Numbered from the stretch's first letter, positions 12,698-25,935 are shown. The stretch is DNA of 64,000 nt from Octopus sinensis (GCF_006345805.1 NC_043011.1:20410464-20474463), one strand, 5' to 3'. The notes: generated by a model not told the origin, from the letters alone. Program-made: numbers and translations.

Positions 12698-13653
12698 ATT
12701 TAAAAAATACATATACAAACACAACTAGCTTTTGCACAGTTTCTGTCTACCAAATTCCTCATACAAAGTATTGGTCAAACTGGCATTAGTTCAACAGCAG
12801 ATACTTGTCTAAAGTAAAGCTCAAACGAACGGATCCAGAACCTAATCTGGATCCACTTGGTTACGAAGCAAAGCATGTTAAGCATACAACCATTACTGAT
12901 ACATAAATATTAGTCTAGTTATGACAATAATTTAAGATCAGCTAACTTATCTGTATATTCTAGACTCCACAATACCAGTTACTGTGTTTGGTAGGATATT
13001 TCCGTCTTTGTCGACAATGCAGTGTATTTCGATCAAAGCGGAAGCAATGCTCTACAAATAGAATCAAATGTTAAACAGGATATGACGTCAAAACTTCTAT
13101 AAAAATATATCAGCAGTTCAATGACCTTTGTACTTCAACCTGAACTGATTTTCAAGAATCAATATTATAAATCTTGCTGAACTTTGATCAGAATTCGAAG
13201 AATATAAAAACATGATTTAAGATTTCTTCAAATCATGGTTTTAAATATGTACGCAAAATGGTCGATGAAAATGAAATCAAAAATAATATTTTCACATAAT
13301 ATTTAAAAACTACTCAAATCGGCATTTGAAAGATTTTAATATTCCAGGAACTGCAATTATTAATGAAAATTCATTGATGTATAAAAGTTATATATATATA
13401 TATATATATTATTGGGGTAATAAGAATGATATAAATTATTATTACCTGTGACCTAGCACAAAAAAGAATTAGTCAATAGACTACATATTATTCACATAGA
13501 AATATCGTGTACATTAAAACACATCAAGAGGCTTCCAAATAGGAAAGCCTTGTACTAGAAAGAGCAGTAGAAAACTCAAACCACTATTTATCGATAAATT
13601 CTCGAATGGAATGAAAATTAAAAACGTTTACCATCTTATTTAGTTCCTAGACC

Positions 13654-13687
<34 letters not shown>

Positions 13688-13865
13688 CAATTATCTTGAA
13701 CTGAGATTATTTGAGCAGATGTGACCTCTTCAGTGACTCACCATTACATATCTCTCCTCCTGACTACAGAATGGACAAAACAGGACAGGCGGAGACATAT
13801 GGGATGGAGTGTCGCTGAAGAGGTCACAGGATGTGTGACAAAAGATTTCAGATAAAGGACACTAA

Positions 13866-13878
13866 AATAATAATAATG

Positions 13879-13949
<71 letters not shown>
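13866..13949. repeat. (AAT)n microsatellite
   Basis: Directly visible. Confidence 0.95.
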
Positions 13950-14106
13950 GCTGAAATGAAGAACGTGTATATAGTCGTGAGATTATTTGTCAGAAAAATA
14001 TATTAAAAATGACCATCCCCAAATATAATATCTGTTTTCCACGACCTCTGATGTGAAATTGTGTATAGAAACAAATACATGAACGCGTATATAACACGCG
14101 CGCGCG

Positions 14107-14142
<36 letters not shown>

Positions 14143-14415
14143 TACACAATATTATGTATGTGTGTGTATATATAGATAGATAGCTAGATAGACAGACCGA
14201 CAGCCAGACACACAAACTGACAGACAGACAGAGGTTCAACGTCCAGTCAGCTGTGTCATATCCAAACAGCGGTGCCCAATACTGTCGTCCTATAAATGCT
14301 ATATGCTCTGTACATTTTTTTTTTTGTTGTTCTGGGGTTTATTGTGCCTTGAACTTTGATCTAAACTTAAGTGTCTTTCATACTTTGCTCTTTGCTTCGC
14401 ACTGTGTCCTAAATT

Positions 14416-14416
<1 letters not shown>

Positions 14417-14465
<49 letters not shown>

Positions 14466-14466
14466 G

Positions 14467-14521
<55 letters not shown>

Positions 14522-14526
14522 GGATG

Positions 14527-14577
<51 letters not shown>

Positions 14578-14582
14578 GGATG

Positions 14583-14659
<77 letters not shown>

Positions 14660-14665
14660 GTGTTG

Positions 14666-14724
<59 letters not shown>

Positions 14725-14732
14725 GGATAGAT
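14417..14732. repeat. (GATA)n microsatellite, about 315 bp
   Basis: Directly visible, with a few GATG interruptions. Confidence 0.97.
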
Positions 14733-14814
14733 TTTTTTTTTTGCTTATGGACCTCTTTGATTACAATTTCACAGCAGGTGCAATCCTTATAGTCATTCGA
14801 TGCCTAAAACTCTT

Positions 14815-15208
14815 ACTCTTACTCTCTTTTACTTGTTTCAGTCATTTGACTGCGGCCATGCTGGAGCACCGCCTTTAGTCAAGCAAATCGACCCCGGGAC
14901 TTATTTTTTGTAAGCCAGTACTTATTCTATCGGTCTCTTTTGCCGAACCGCTAAGTTACGGGGAAGTAAACACACCAGCATCGGTTGTCAAGCGATGTTG
15001 GGGGGACAAACACACACACACACACACATATATATACATATATACGACGGGCTTCTTTCAGTTTCCGTCTACCAAATCCACTCACAAGACTTTGGTCGAC
15101 CCGGGGCTATAGCAGAAGACACTTGTCCAAGGTGCCATGCAGTGGGACTGAACCCGGAACCATGTGGTTGGTTAGCAAGCTACTTACCACACAGCCACTC
15201 CTGCGCCT
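14815..15208 (-). mobile_element. SINE family A
   Basis: Full head-to-tail match to family A. Confidence 0.85.
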
Positions 15209-16024
15209 ATTATATTTTTATGATTAAATATTATTAGGAATTGTTTTAAAAAATTGTTAAAATATTTTGTGTATTGAAGAAATATAACCAGTTTATTGCA
15301 CCTAAATTTTAACAACAAAATCTTATATCTCCATCATGAAGGACCATGTGGACCAATGGGAGACAACCACTGCTCTACAGGGTCATTTATTCCCTATAAA
15401 GAGCTACGAAATCTCTTTCATTGTATCCTCACTGTCTTAAAAACTTGTGGACGCTCTGATTAATATGATTCGTGCAATCTCATTCAAGAATTAACGTTAT
15501 AGCTTCTCCGTTTTGCCACGTGTGTAGTTTGACCCAATCTGGGACCATTAATATTTTTAAACTGAAGAGAAACTGCTGTAACATTCTCAGTCTCAATTTT
15601 TTCACTTAAATTTTAGTAAAGAACAAAACAGGATCTTTCAGACTGAGTGAAGACGTCATAAAAAATCTAACCAATGACGCGCAATAATTACACATCAAAT
15701 ACTTTGTTTGGTGTGTACAAAATTACTAACGAATTCCAAATCGTTGACTGAAAGTTCCTCAGACCTAAATAAAGCTAAAGGCGGCTTTTGGAAGAATAGC
15801 AAACAACAGGCAAAGGAGCAAAGACATTGACAAAAGTGGACAACGGACACAAGTGAGATGCAACTATTCCTTAAGTTAGCTGAGAGGACCACAGCTGTGC
15901 AGAAACATCAAGAAAAAATAAAACCGTCAGGGAAAATCTCCCCCGACCAGCACCATGCATTCAGAAGAACTGCAATGTTGAATTTTCCAGTGATTGTACT
16001 TGAGAACTCTTTGATTATAAACTT

Positions 16025-16323
16025 TACTCTTTTACTAGTTTCAGTCATTTGACTGTGGCCATGCCGGAGCACCGCCTCTTAGTCGAGCAAATCGACCCCA
16101 GAACTTATTCTTTGTAAGCCTAGTAATTATTCTATCGGTCTCTTTTGACGAACCGCTAAATTACGGGGACGTAAACGCACCAGCATCAGTTGTCGAGCAA
16201 TGTTGGGGGGGGGGGGGAAACAGACACACAAACATATACACACACACATACATACATACATACATTCATACATACACACACACATACATACATACATACA
16301 TACATACATACATACATACATAC

Positions 16324-16416
<93 letters not shown>

Positions 16417-16580
16417 CGACCGGCTTCTTTCAGTTTCTGTCTACCAAATCCACTCACAAGGCTTTGGTCGGCCCGAGGCTATAGTAGAAGACACTTGCCC
16501 AAGGTGCCACACAGTGGGATTGAACCCGGAACCATGTGGCTGGTAAGCAAGCTACTTACCACACAGCCACTCCTGCGCCT
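16025..16580 (-). mobile_element. SINE family A with expanded internal (TACA)n/(CA)n
   Basis: Family A head and tail. Confidence 0.85.
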
Positions 16581-16644
16581 TTCTTCATGTGCTTTTGTTC
16601 TTTTGTTTGTTTGTTTTTTTGTTCTCAATACCATTAAATAGGTG

Positions 16645-17045
16645 CAGGCTTGGCTGTGTAGTACGAAGTTCACTTCCCAGTCCCACGTGGTTCAGTCGCA
16701 CTGCGTAGCATTTTGGACAATTGTCTTCTGTAGCCCCAGGCCGACCAAAGTCTTGTGAGTGGATTTGGTAGACGGAAACTGAAAAATGCCCGTCGAATGT
16801 GTATGTGTGCGCGTGTGAGTGTATCTTTTTGTGTGTGCGCGCGCTCATGTGTATGTGAGACCACCACTTGACAACCAATGGTGGTGTGTTTACGAACCTG
16901 TAATCTGGCGGTTCGGCAAACGAGACCAATAAGATAAGGACCAGGTTTAACAAAAAAAAATAAGTCCTGGGTTTGATACAGTCGACTGAAAATTCTTTCA
17001 GGCGGTACCCCAGCATGGCCACAGTCTAATGACTGAAGCATATAA
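16645..17045 (+). mobile_element. SINE family A, diverged
   Basis: GGCCGACCAAAGTCTTGTGAGTGGATTTGGTAGACGGAAACTGAAA and a diverged tail. Confidence 0.7.
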
Positions 17046-17247
17046 AAATTAACAGATAAAAGATTGTAACTAAGACGGCGAGCTGACAGAATCGTTAGCA
17101 AGTCACTCAAACTGTGTAGTGGCATTTCTTCCGACTCCTTACGTCATGAGTTCAAATCACGCTGATATCAGCTTTGCTTTTCATCCTTTCGAGGTGAATA
17201 AAATAAAGTACCAATCAAGTACTGTGATCGATGTTACAATGACTCAC

Positions 17248-17658
17248 GGATCTTTTCGGTTTGAATGGCAGTTTTTAACATAATTTCTAGGTAACTAAAA
17301 AAATTTTTAACTTCGTATACTGGTAGAATGTGTTTATAAAACATCTTTTTCTCTTGGCTTTATTGAGAAAATTCTATAGTTTGTAAGATATTTGTTGTTT
17401 TTTTCTTTAATTTCTGCAATTTCAACCAATCAATGACGTCTATTGAGGTAAACAACATTCTGTGCCGTATGAATATGTCCCTCGTTTAAGAAACAGATTG
17501 GGTTTATTTATATTTGTGAAGAAAAAAAGATACCCTTCCCCCCATCCCTAACCCTAAAATAGATTGAAATGCAATAGATCGATACTAGGGTCATAATTAT
17601 GGGTGACAATTTCATATGACACCGCTAGGAAAAATTGCAGTTCAAACCGAAAAGATCC
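17248..17658. mobile_element. MITE with 28-bp TIRs and 8-bp TSD (Merlin-like or hAT-like)
   Basis: TIR GGATCTTTTCGGTTTGAA at both ends, and a perfect TSD TGACTCAC at 17240-17247 and 17659-17666. Inserted at the end of a diverged SINE-B (about 17074-17240). Confidence 0.85.
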
Positions 17659-18179
17659 TGACTCACTTCTTGAAAAATTGTTTACCTTGTTCCAAAATTA
17701 GAAAAGAAAATTTTTTAATTGCAACAATAGATATTGTTTTGTCATAAATTGTATTGTTATTTATTCATTGTAAATTGTACTGACGCTATTTGAATTGAAA
17801 ATTGTTTACTGTGTTTTTTTTGTTTTGTTTTGCTTTGTTTTATTTTTTTTTGTTCTTTTTTTTTAATATGAAGGAGCGGTCGCAGTTGGAAGACTGTTAT
17901 TTCTACTAACCTGAAAAAGTCTTTGAATTCATATGCAAAAATAAAATGGGCATCTGTTACTAGGTTCAGGCATTTGACTGCGGCCACGCTGGGGCACCAC
18001 CTTGAATTTAGTACTTCTTTTTGTAAAAGCCTGGTAGTTATTCTGACGCGGGCTCTTTTGCCGAACCGCTAAGTTACGGGGACATAAACACAACAACACT
18101 GGTTTCAAGCAGTGGTGTGGGACAAACACAGATAGAAACACACACATACATACATACATACATACATACATACATACAC

Positions 18180-18251
<72 letters not shown>

Positions 18252-18261
<10 letters not shown>

Positions 18262-18440
18262 GGGAGAGTTTACGAAAAAAAAAAAGACGAAGACAGGTGG
18301 TGTAGAAAACAAACAGATGTATTAGTATAACGCTCAGGAATAGAAAAAGTCTTTTACGTTTCGAGCCTACTCTCTTCTACAGAAAGGGACACAGAAAAAA
18401 CAAGGAGAGAAAAAAATGTGTGTAGTGGCTAACGATCTAT
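18252..18440 (-). mobile_element. Penelope-like pseudo-LTR fragment with decayed hammerhead motif
   Basis: Minus strand reads CTTT-CTGTAGA-A-GAGAGTAGGCTC-GAAA-CGTA-AAAG, followed by TTCCTGAGCGT as in the 22961 and 59599 copies. Confidence 0.6.
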
Positions 18441-20100
18441 CACTGGTTCTCAACTCGTTTGAGGTCAGGGCGCACCTGAACCACCACAAATAATTGTGGA
18501 CGCACCATATACAAATTTCTAAGCTAAATAACAGAAAATAATACATACTTTAAGATTCTTCATTCTTGAGTTCATGGGAAACATTAGCTCGATGTTTCTT
18601 GGCAATTTCTTCAATGTTTGGGCATATGTTTGAAAGACAAACTCACATTTCTTCATCAACGCATGTAAGTGTTCCTCGCTTTTTGTCCTTGATAGTAGAA
18701 AGAGTGGAAAATCCCAAATCACATAGATATGAAGTTGAAAATTGCAACAAAATTGTAAGAGCTTTTTTAAAAAGCGAAACATATTCATTTTTTACAGAAA
18801 TCCAAAAAGCTTCAAGTGACAATTCCTTTTGTTTCATCATTAATCCATGGTCAGTAGGTATAGCAGCGAGTTCCTCTTCTTCTATCATTGTTAATTCGAA
18901 ATCACTGGAAGTTTCCACGAATGGGTTTCTGATCCAGTCATATTGTTCAGTTTTCAGTGATGGGAAATACGAACTCACTTTTTCTTCTAAACTTGCTAAA
19001 TGCTCAACTATTAACGGGAGTGTTTCATTTTTGCCTGTTTCACTTTGACTTAACAAAGGAAACATTTCCAAATTCGCTTCGACAGCTTATCGTTTCCAAA
19101 TCTTAATTTTTCTTTCGAAAGCTTTCATTTTGTCAGTGGACATTACAATGTTTTCTTTTTTCCCTTGCATGCTAGTATTTAAAATATTGAGCTGCTGAAA
19201 TATATCGGCCAAAAACTGTAACCTGGAAATCCAAACTTCGGAACGAAAAAGGTCACAAAAATTAGATTGTTTCATTTCTTCAAAGAACACAAGAAGTTCG
19301 TGTCGTAGCTCGTGTACACGAGTAAGTATTTTTCCTCTTGACATCCACCTTACTTCGGTGTGTAAAAGCAGCCGTTTGTGTTGAGAATCCATATCGGTAC
19401 ACAACTGTTCGAATATACGAGATTTGACAGGTCTTGTTTCAATAAAGTTTACCATCTGAACAACTTTATTTAAAACCTCTTTTAGTTCCTCTCTTAATGT
19501 TTCTTTTTTGCCATCAAGGCCTCTCTATGAAGAAAGCAGTGAGTAAAGATAACATTCTCATTTGTTTTTTAAAAAAGATGTGAGGCCCTTAACACATCCT
19601 ACCATAGAAGGGGCTCCATCTGTACAAATACCCACACATGATTTCCATGACAACTGCCATTTATCAAAGTATGTATTCAAAATGTTGAAAAAGTCCTTTC
19701 CTTTTGCAATGACACTTAATTCTTTACAAAAAAGAAACTGATTTACTATGTGCTCTTCATCGATAAAACGAATGAATGCTAAGAGTTGTGCCTTGTTGAT
19801 AATGTCTGTTGACTCATTAACTTGCGATGCAAAAGGGGAATACTTAAGTTTATTACTACATAAATTTTTGTCGATATCAGAAGACATTTCTAAAATGCAC
19901 CTTGCTTATTTCTTTTGCGTCTTCATTCCCAAGCATTGTTGAGACTACCTTTTTGCACGCGGGGAAAAAATGAGTGACTCGCCTATAGAATGAGCTTTCA
20001 TATTTTGTGCTATTAGTTCTGAGACTTGGTAGGAAGCGACTCGAGCTTTCTCAGAGACAGTCATTTTAATTATGAAAGAATTTGGCGCTTTAGTTTGCTG
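18441..20100 (-). mobile_element. hAT (Buster/Charlie/ZBED5-like) transposase pseudogene
   Basis: Split ORFs carry SQVNESTDI, CTDGAPSMVG, LLLHTEVRWMSRG and FSTSYLCDLGFS. A Charlie-like terminus CACTGGTTCTCAAC lies at 18441. Multiple frameshifts and stops. Confidence 0.88.
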
Positions 20101-21950
20101 TTCAGGGTGGACGAGTGCGTGAAGAAAGAGCAGAGGCACGGTCCACAGATCGTGCCTGGGCAAGGGCAGTGTGGGAATAATGAGGGAATAATGTGGGAAT
20201 AATGAGGGAATGTTCACGTAGGATGAAGTGGCGAGCTAGGAGTTGAGAATGAGTCTCAAAGTCATGGTCGTCACTGCAGAACCTGTGTACATGGAGGAAT
20301 TATGAGTAGAGAATGGAGAGCTTGGTGTGGGTAGGGTGGGAGGAGAAGAAGTTAAGGTTAGAGTGTGAGCCAGTGTGTTTGAAGTGGATGGAGATAGTGA
20401 GAGCTGAGTGGTGTAAGCCGACAGAAATGTCGAGAAATTCGACGGAAGAGTTAGAGATAGTGCAGGAGAATTCGAGGGTAGAATGGAAGGATTGTACAGA
20501 GGAGAGGAAGGAATCAAGTTGTTCATGGGAGAGTGAGGTCGCGCCGATACAGTCATCGATATAATGACCGTATAGCTCGGGAGTGGGACCAGTGAATTGT
20601 GAGAATATTTGGGCCTCAACTTAGCCAAAGAACATGTTCGCATAATTGGGGCCCATTCTCGTTCCCGTGGCCACTCCCGAGACTGTCGCTAAAACTCACC
20701 CGCGAATAAGCAGTTGAGGTAGAAGACAAGTTCGGCCAGACGAAGACGTGTGGAAGTGTCAGGTTGAAGGTCAGGCCGAAGGTCAAGGAAGTGTTTAAGC
20801 GTAAGAAGTCCTTCGTTGAGTGGGATCACCGTATACAAACTTTTAATGTCAAGAGTGAACAAAAGTTTAGAAGGGTCAGAAGGGAAGGAGAAAGAGTTAA
20901 ACAGACGGATAGCATGATTGGTGTTGTGAATGTGTGAGGGGAGGGAAGCCATTAGAGAGGTAAGGACACGGTCGAGGTATTTGGAGATCATTTCCGTGAG
21001 GCTATTGCAGGCGGAGACGATAGGGTGGCCAGGGTTGTTTGGCTTATGAATTTTGGGAAGAAAGTAAATAGTGGGCGTGCTTTAGGTACGGACAATGAGG
21101 TTGGAGGCGGTGGAAGGGAGACGGGTGGAGGAAATGAGGTCATGAATAGTGGAGGACTCGGTCTGTTGGTAGTTAGGCGTCGGGTTGGAGGGCAGAGGGC
21201 AAGAGAAATAGGTATCTTGAAGTCGAATGAGAGCTTCAGCATTGTAAAGGTCTGCGCGTCACACCATGCAGTTCCACCCTTGTTAGCCATGTAACCTGAC
21301 GCGGCACACAAAGTGTTGGATATCAGTACGATTCTGAAACTCGTTACTGGACAGAGAGGGGTGAAGCGCAGACCTTACTGAGAGGTGAGCGTTCAGTTTC
21401 AGAGAGGGAGAAATCAGGAGGAATGGTAACAACAGACTGAAGTGGGGGAGGCGGTGGAAGGCTGGGAGGAGAGAGAAGAGGGTGTATGGGAGCGTTGGAG
21501 TAATGGAAGGGTGGAAGTGAGGATGATAGGGGAGTGGATCACAAAAGTAGGGGAGGGGTAAGTGTAGCAGCATCGAGTGGGACAGGATGAACGAGCGAGT
21601 GGAGTTTATGTTGTTTAGTGAGAGCGAAGAAGTCATAGAAAAAATGTGGTTTAGTTGGAAGATGAAGCGTAAGGTGGAATGGGCAACGGATGGTGAGTAG
21701 CAGGAAAAAAGGTGGAATAAGCGAGAGGGATAAGGCGGTCCAGGGTGTGTATTGCAGGAGGGATATGGAAATCCAAAGGGTGTGAGACAACAGCCAAATA
21801 GAAAAACAGCTAGTTTTATAGAATGGATTTTAGACATCAGAAAAGGGTAGGGGTGACCAGCTCTAACAGAAAAGGGTTACTAAAGGAGTTGCGACCTTAG
21901 TATATTATCACAAAACTGACAAGATGAATTCGCTGTGCAACACCACCAGG
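20100..21950 (-). mobile_element. Penelope-like element RT pseudogene
   Basis: LFTLDIKSLYTVIP (PLE DxxSLYT motif) in ORF 20689..20991. LYGHYIDDCIGAT read on the minus strand at about 20540-20580. Frameshifted, with no GIY-YIG domain retained. Confidence 0.85.
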
Positions 21951-22422
21951 TTTAGAGTCCCTCATTCGACGCCCTCACCTCTTTGGTCTACATTGGTTTC
22001 CAATAAGAATGCATGCTCTATCCTCACGGACAGTTCAGCCCTGATGTAGAGAAAGATGGTGCTGTCACATTTAACTGCGTCTTAACAGCATCATAATCTC
22101 CCGGTGCAAATCAATGCACTATAGTATTTATTTATTGACAGCTAAACATAGATTGGAACTGGGTCCCTAGATCTGTGAGGCCTCCGGGAAACTACCTAAT
22201 GTGAAATATGCATTAGGACAGCACTTCTCACATTTGTCCAACGTAAAGTTCTTCATATTGTCAGCACATTCAACATCAGGACACTGATTACTGCTTCAGT
22301 TCTATGGCTTTGGCTTTCGACATATTATACATTGGCTTCAGGACCAGAGGTCGCTCTTGTATGTATGCATATTATATATATGTGTTGCAGCTACTGTTTA
22401 TAACTCGCTCTAAGATTTACTA

Positions 22423-22960
22423 TCTGATGAAAATGTTTGAAGAAAATGTCTGATGAAAATGTTTGATCAAAATGTTTGATCAAAATGTCTGCTGAAAATG
22501 TCTGATGAAAATGTTTGATGAAAATGTCTGATGAAAATTTTTCATGAAAATGTTTGATGAAAATTTCTGATGAAAATTTTTGAAGAAAATGTCTGATGAA
22601 AATGTCTGATGAAAATGTCTGATGAAAATGTTTGACGAAAAACATTTTCATCAGACATTTTCTTCAGACATTTTCATCAAACACTTTCATCAAACATTTT
22701 CATCAGACATTTTCATTACACATTTTCATCAGACATTTTCATCAGATATTTTCCTCAAACATTTTCGTCAGACATTTTAATAATTTTCTTGAAACATTTT
22801 CATCAAACATTTTCATCGAACATTTTTATCAAACATTTTCAGCAAACATTTTCATCAGACATTTTCATCAAATATTTTCAATAAAACATTTTCATCAGAC
22901 ATTTTCATCAAACATTTTCATCAAACACTTTCATCAAACATTTTCATCAGACATTTTCAT
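22423..22960. repeat. Inverted array of 13-bp units (TGATGAAAATGTY)n / (RACATTTTCATCA)n
   Basis: Forward units at 22423-22637 and reverse-complement units at about 22640-22960. Confidence 0.92.
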
Positions 22961-23154
22961 GAGTACCGCCAGCGATTTTTTCCCTCTGTCTTCCCTTCTC
23001 GGTATCTTTCCTTCTCCTATGTTTCCGACGAAGAGCTCCGCTCGAAACGTTAAACCCTCCTTCTTCCCTTCTTTCCTGAGCGTCCAATAATACTTTATTT
23101 GTTCCACGTCCTCGCGTTGTTGTTTTTTTGTGCTTTCATGTTTGGATTAACTTT
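22961..23154 (+). mobile_element. Penelope-like solo pseudo-LTR with minimal hammerhead remnant
   Basis: Near-identical to 59599-59790. Contains GTTT-CCGACGA-A-GAGCTCCGCTC-GAAA-CGTT-AAAC at 23021-23055. Confidence 0.65.
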
Positions 23155-25369
23155 ATATATATATACTCGCCTTTGGGGTGGTCAGCGCTGCGTCTAACAC
23201 AACCCATCGTATGGTTGACAATCAAATGAATGGAGATGTAATGGAGATATTGTACGTAAATGGGTATATTCTGGAAATGGGCTGCAATGGGAGACGGCAA
23301 CGGGGAAGTGAACTGTTCAAATGTTGCAGAAGACGAAGGGTTGACATTGGATTGCTGGTGTGGCTGTAGAATAAGAAACATAAAGTGAGCCTATGAAGTC
23401 ACATGAGAATATGTAGTAATGAATTACTTGAAGAAATAAGGCATAATGGCTTACCACGTGATATGAATATCGTACGTTTGTATTCTTGTATACAGTGTAA
23501 GTTAACAAAATATAAGCAAATAAACGAAATATAAGCACGTGTATGGAACTGCTAATTTGATGGTAACTGCCACAATAATTATTACAGAGAGACAAAGAAT
23601 TATATATATATGGGATAAATTTCTTAATGTAAGGGTGAATATGTAATTGTAAATACCTTGCAACTGCTGCTGTAATCATTAACTGGAAATGGAACAGTAA
23701 ATGTGTATTTTTATATATACCTTGGACCTTGCCATCTCGTTTTTTTTTCAAGAGTTTCACCTCTAGCACTCACATACATACATTCAGACTTGTCAGCCGT
23801 CACATACATATATGTATGTGTAGAAGTGTGCACATGTTTAATAACGTACATAACGCGGAAACACACACACTTACAGACACATATACACTCATACACTCAC
23901 AGATAGATATACACTCATATATAAAATGTGACGTCGTGGTATAAATGTTCCTGACATACACTCACATACATATACTAAGATAGCCACACAGAGACATACA
24001 TTCACACATGTCAGTCATTATATATGTATATGTATGTGCAGATGTGTGTATGTTTAATAACGTACCTAACGCTGAAAGACACACACACTTTGAGACATAT
24101 ACACACTCATACACTTACACACATACACTCACAGACAGATACAGTCATATACAAAATGTGATGTCGTTGTCGTCGTAGTATAAAATGTCCTTTTGACCAT
24201 AGAAAGATCATCTCTATGAAATGTTATATCGTTTTAAGCGAAATGAAAATAAAATTTCGTATTGACACTGACCAGCCCCCCCCCCCCACACACATATATA
24301 GTATGTTTAATAATGTACCTAACGCGGAAAGACATACACACTGTGAGACATATACACACTCATACACATACATTCACAGACAGATACACAATCATATACA
24401 AAATGTGACGTCGTTGTTGTCGTGGTTAGAATTAAAAGTAAAAATATAAAAGTGAAACAATATATTACATTACAATATAGATCTTATTCTTTCACTTTTA
24501 TTCTTTGACTTTTGACACTTAATACCGAACCAGTGCCAATGTCGCATTGTTTTAATCCAAATGACAAAATCAATTACATGTTGACGCTCACGGGGTTTTA
24601 TCATGTAAAATTTGATTTGATTTGGTTGAGCCGTTTGAGAATGCATTGGGAACAGACAGAAACAAAGGATTTTATATTGAGAGATTGTATATTAGTGTGT
24701 GTGTACACACACACACATGCAAGCACATCGGTGCAAAACAAGAGTTAAGATTTCACGAACTGTTGCTCAGAGTTTCAAGTAACTGATCATCAGACAGTCG
24801 TGAGTATATAGTGCATTATTATGGTTTATAAGTAAATATAAACAGTAGTAATTACGTTGTGTAACAAATTTTTTTTTTTTGCCTTTGGTCAGTAAGTGTT
24901 ATTTCCTATTTGCTTCTATTTAGAAATCAAACGAAATGGCTACTATTCCTCTCAAACTTTACTTTTGTAATCTGAACATTAATATTTTGAAACTGATCAA
25001 TTTTTCCATTACGCGCTGAGTTGCTGAAGCAGAAATATCGTTATAACAAATATTCTACTCAATAGGACAAATCTGCTTGTCAGTTGCTTGACCTTAGCCA
25101 TTTGAGCATGTCCCTTAGTGCCTGGCAATATGTGCATCTTTGATTGTGAGCAGAGGTGATGGGGGAGTATCATAGAGAGGTATTCTTTGGGGGCCTGAAT
25201 AAATACCATAACAGAAGCAGAGTTTGAAGGGAATATTAACCAGTTTGAATATGAAATAAATTTGAAATAAATGTTGCAACTGAAGGACGAAAATTGTGTT
25301 ACACAGTGTACCATAAATCAATTATACTTGTAGAGACTGTCATAACAACTGCAAAAATAGTTGTCTATT

Positions 25370-25712
25370 TTTTACTTGTCAATAGATTGCGGCCAAGCTG
25401 GGGCACCACCCTGAAGAATTTTAGTCGAATGAATTGACCCCAGGGTTTTTTCTTTCTTTTTTTCTTTTTTTCTTTTTTTCTTTTTGTTTCCTTTATCTTT
25501 TCTTTCTATTTTCTTTTTTTCTTTTTTGTTTTTTGTTTTTTTCTTTTTCTTCTTTCTATTTTTCTTTTTTCTTTTTTTCTTTATTTTCCTTTTTATCTTT
25601 TTTCTTTTTTCTTTTTGAGCCGATACTTATTCTATCAGTGTCTTTTGTCGAACTGCTAATTCACGGGGACGTAAATACCGAGCATCGGTTGTTAAGCTGT
25701 GGCGAGGTACAA

Positions 25713-25750
<38 letters not shown>

Positions 25751-25935
25751 TACACACTTACTTTGTGTGTGTGTGTGTGTGTGTGTACGACGAGCTTCTT
25801 TTCGTTTCTTTCAACTAAATCCACTCCCAAGCTTTGGTCGAAGCGAGGCTATAGAAGACACCTGCCCAAGATGCCACTCAATGGGAACGAACCCGGAACT
25901 ATGTGCGTGGGAGGCAAACTTCTTAGCAGGCAGCT
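25370..25935 (-). mobile_element. Diverged SINE family A with polypyrimidine expansion
   Basis: Family A tail and body, with (TTTTC)-like sequence at about 25445-25615. Confidence 0.65.

Noticed and set aside
17545-17560. Telomeric repeat CCCTAACCCTAA
   Set aside because: Only two units, located inside a MITE.
18500-20100. Domesticated ZBED/Buster host gene
   Set aside because: Multiple frameshifts and stops, with a transposon terminus still attached.
22423-22960. C/D-box snoRNA cluster (TGATGA and CTGA words)
   Set aside because: The boxes are just the repeat unit, with no guide sequence between them.
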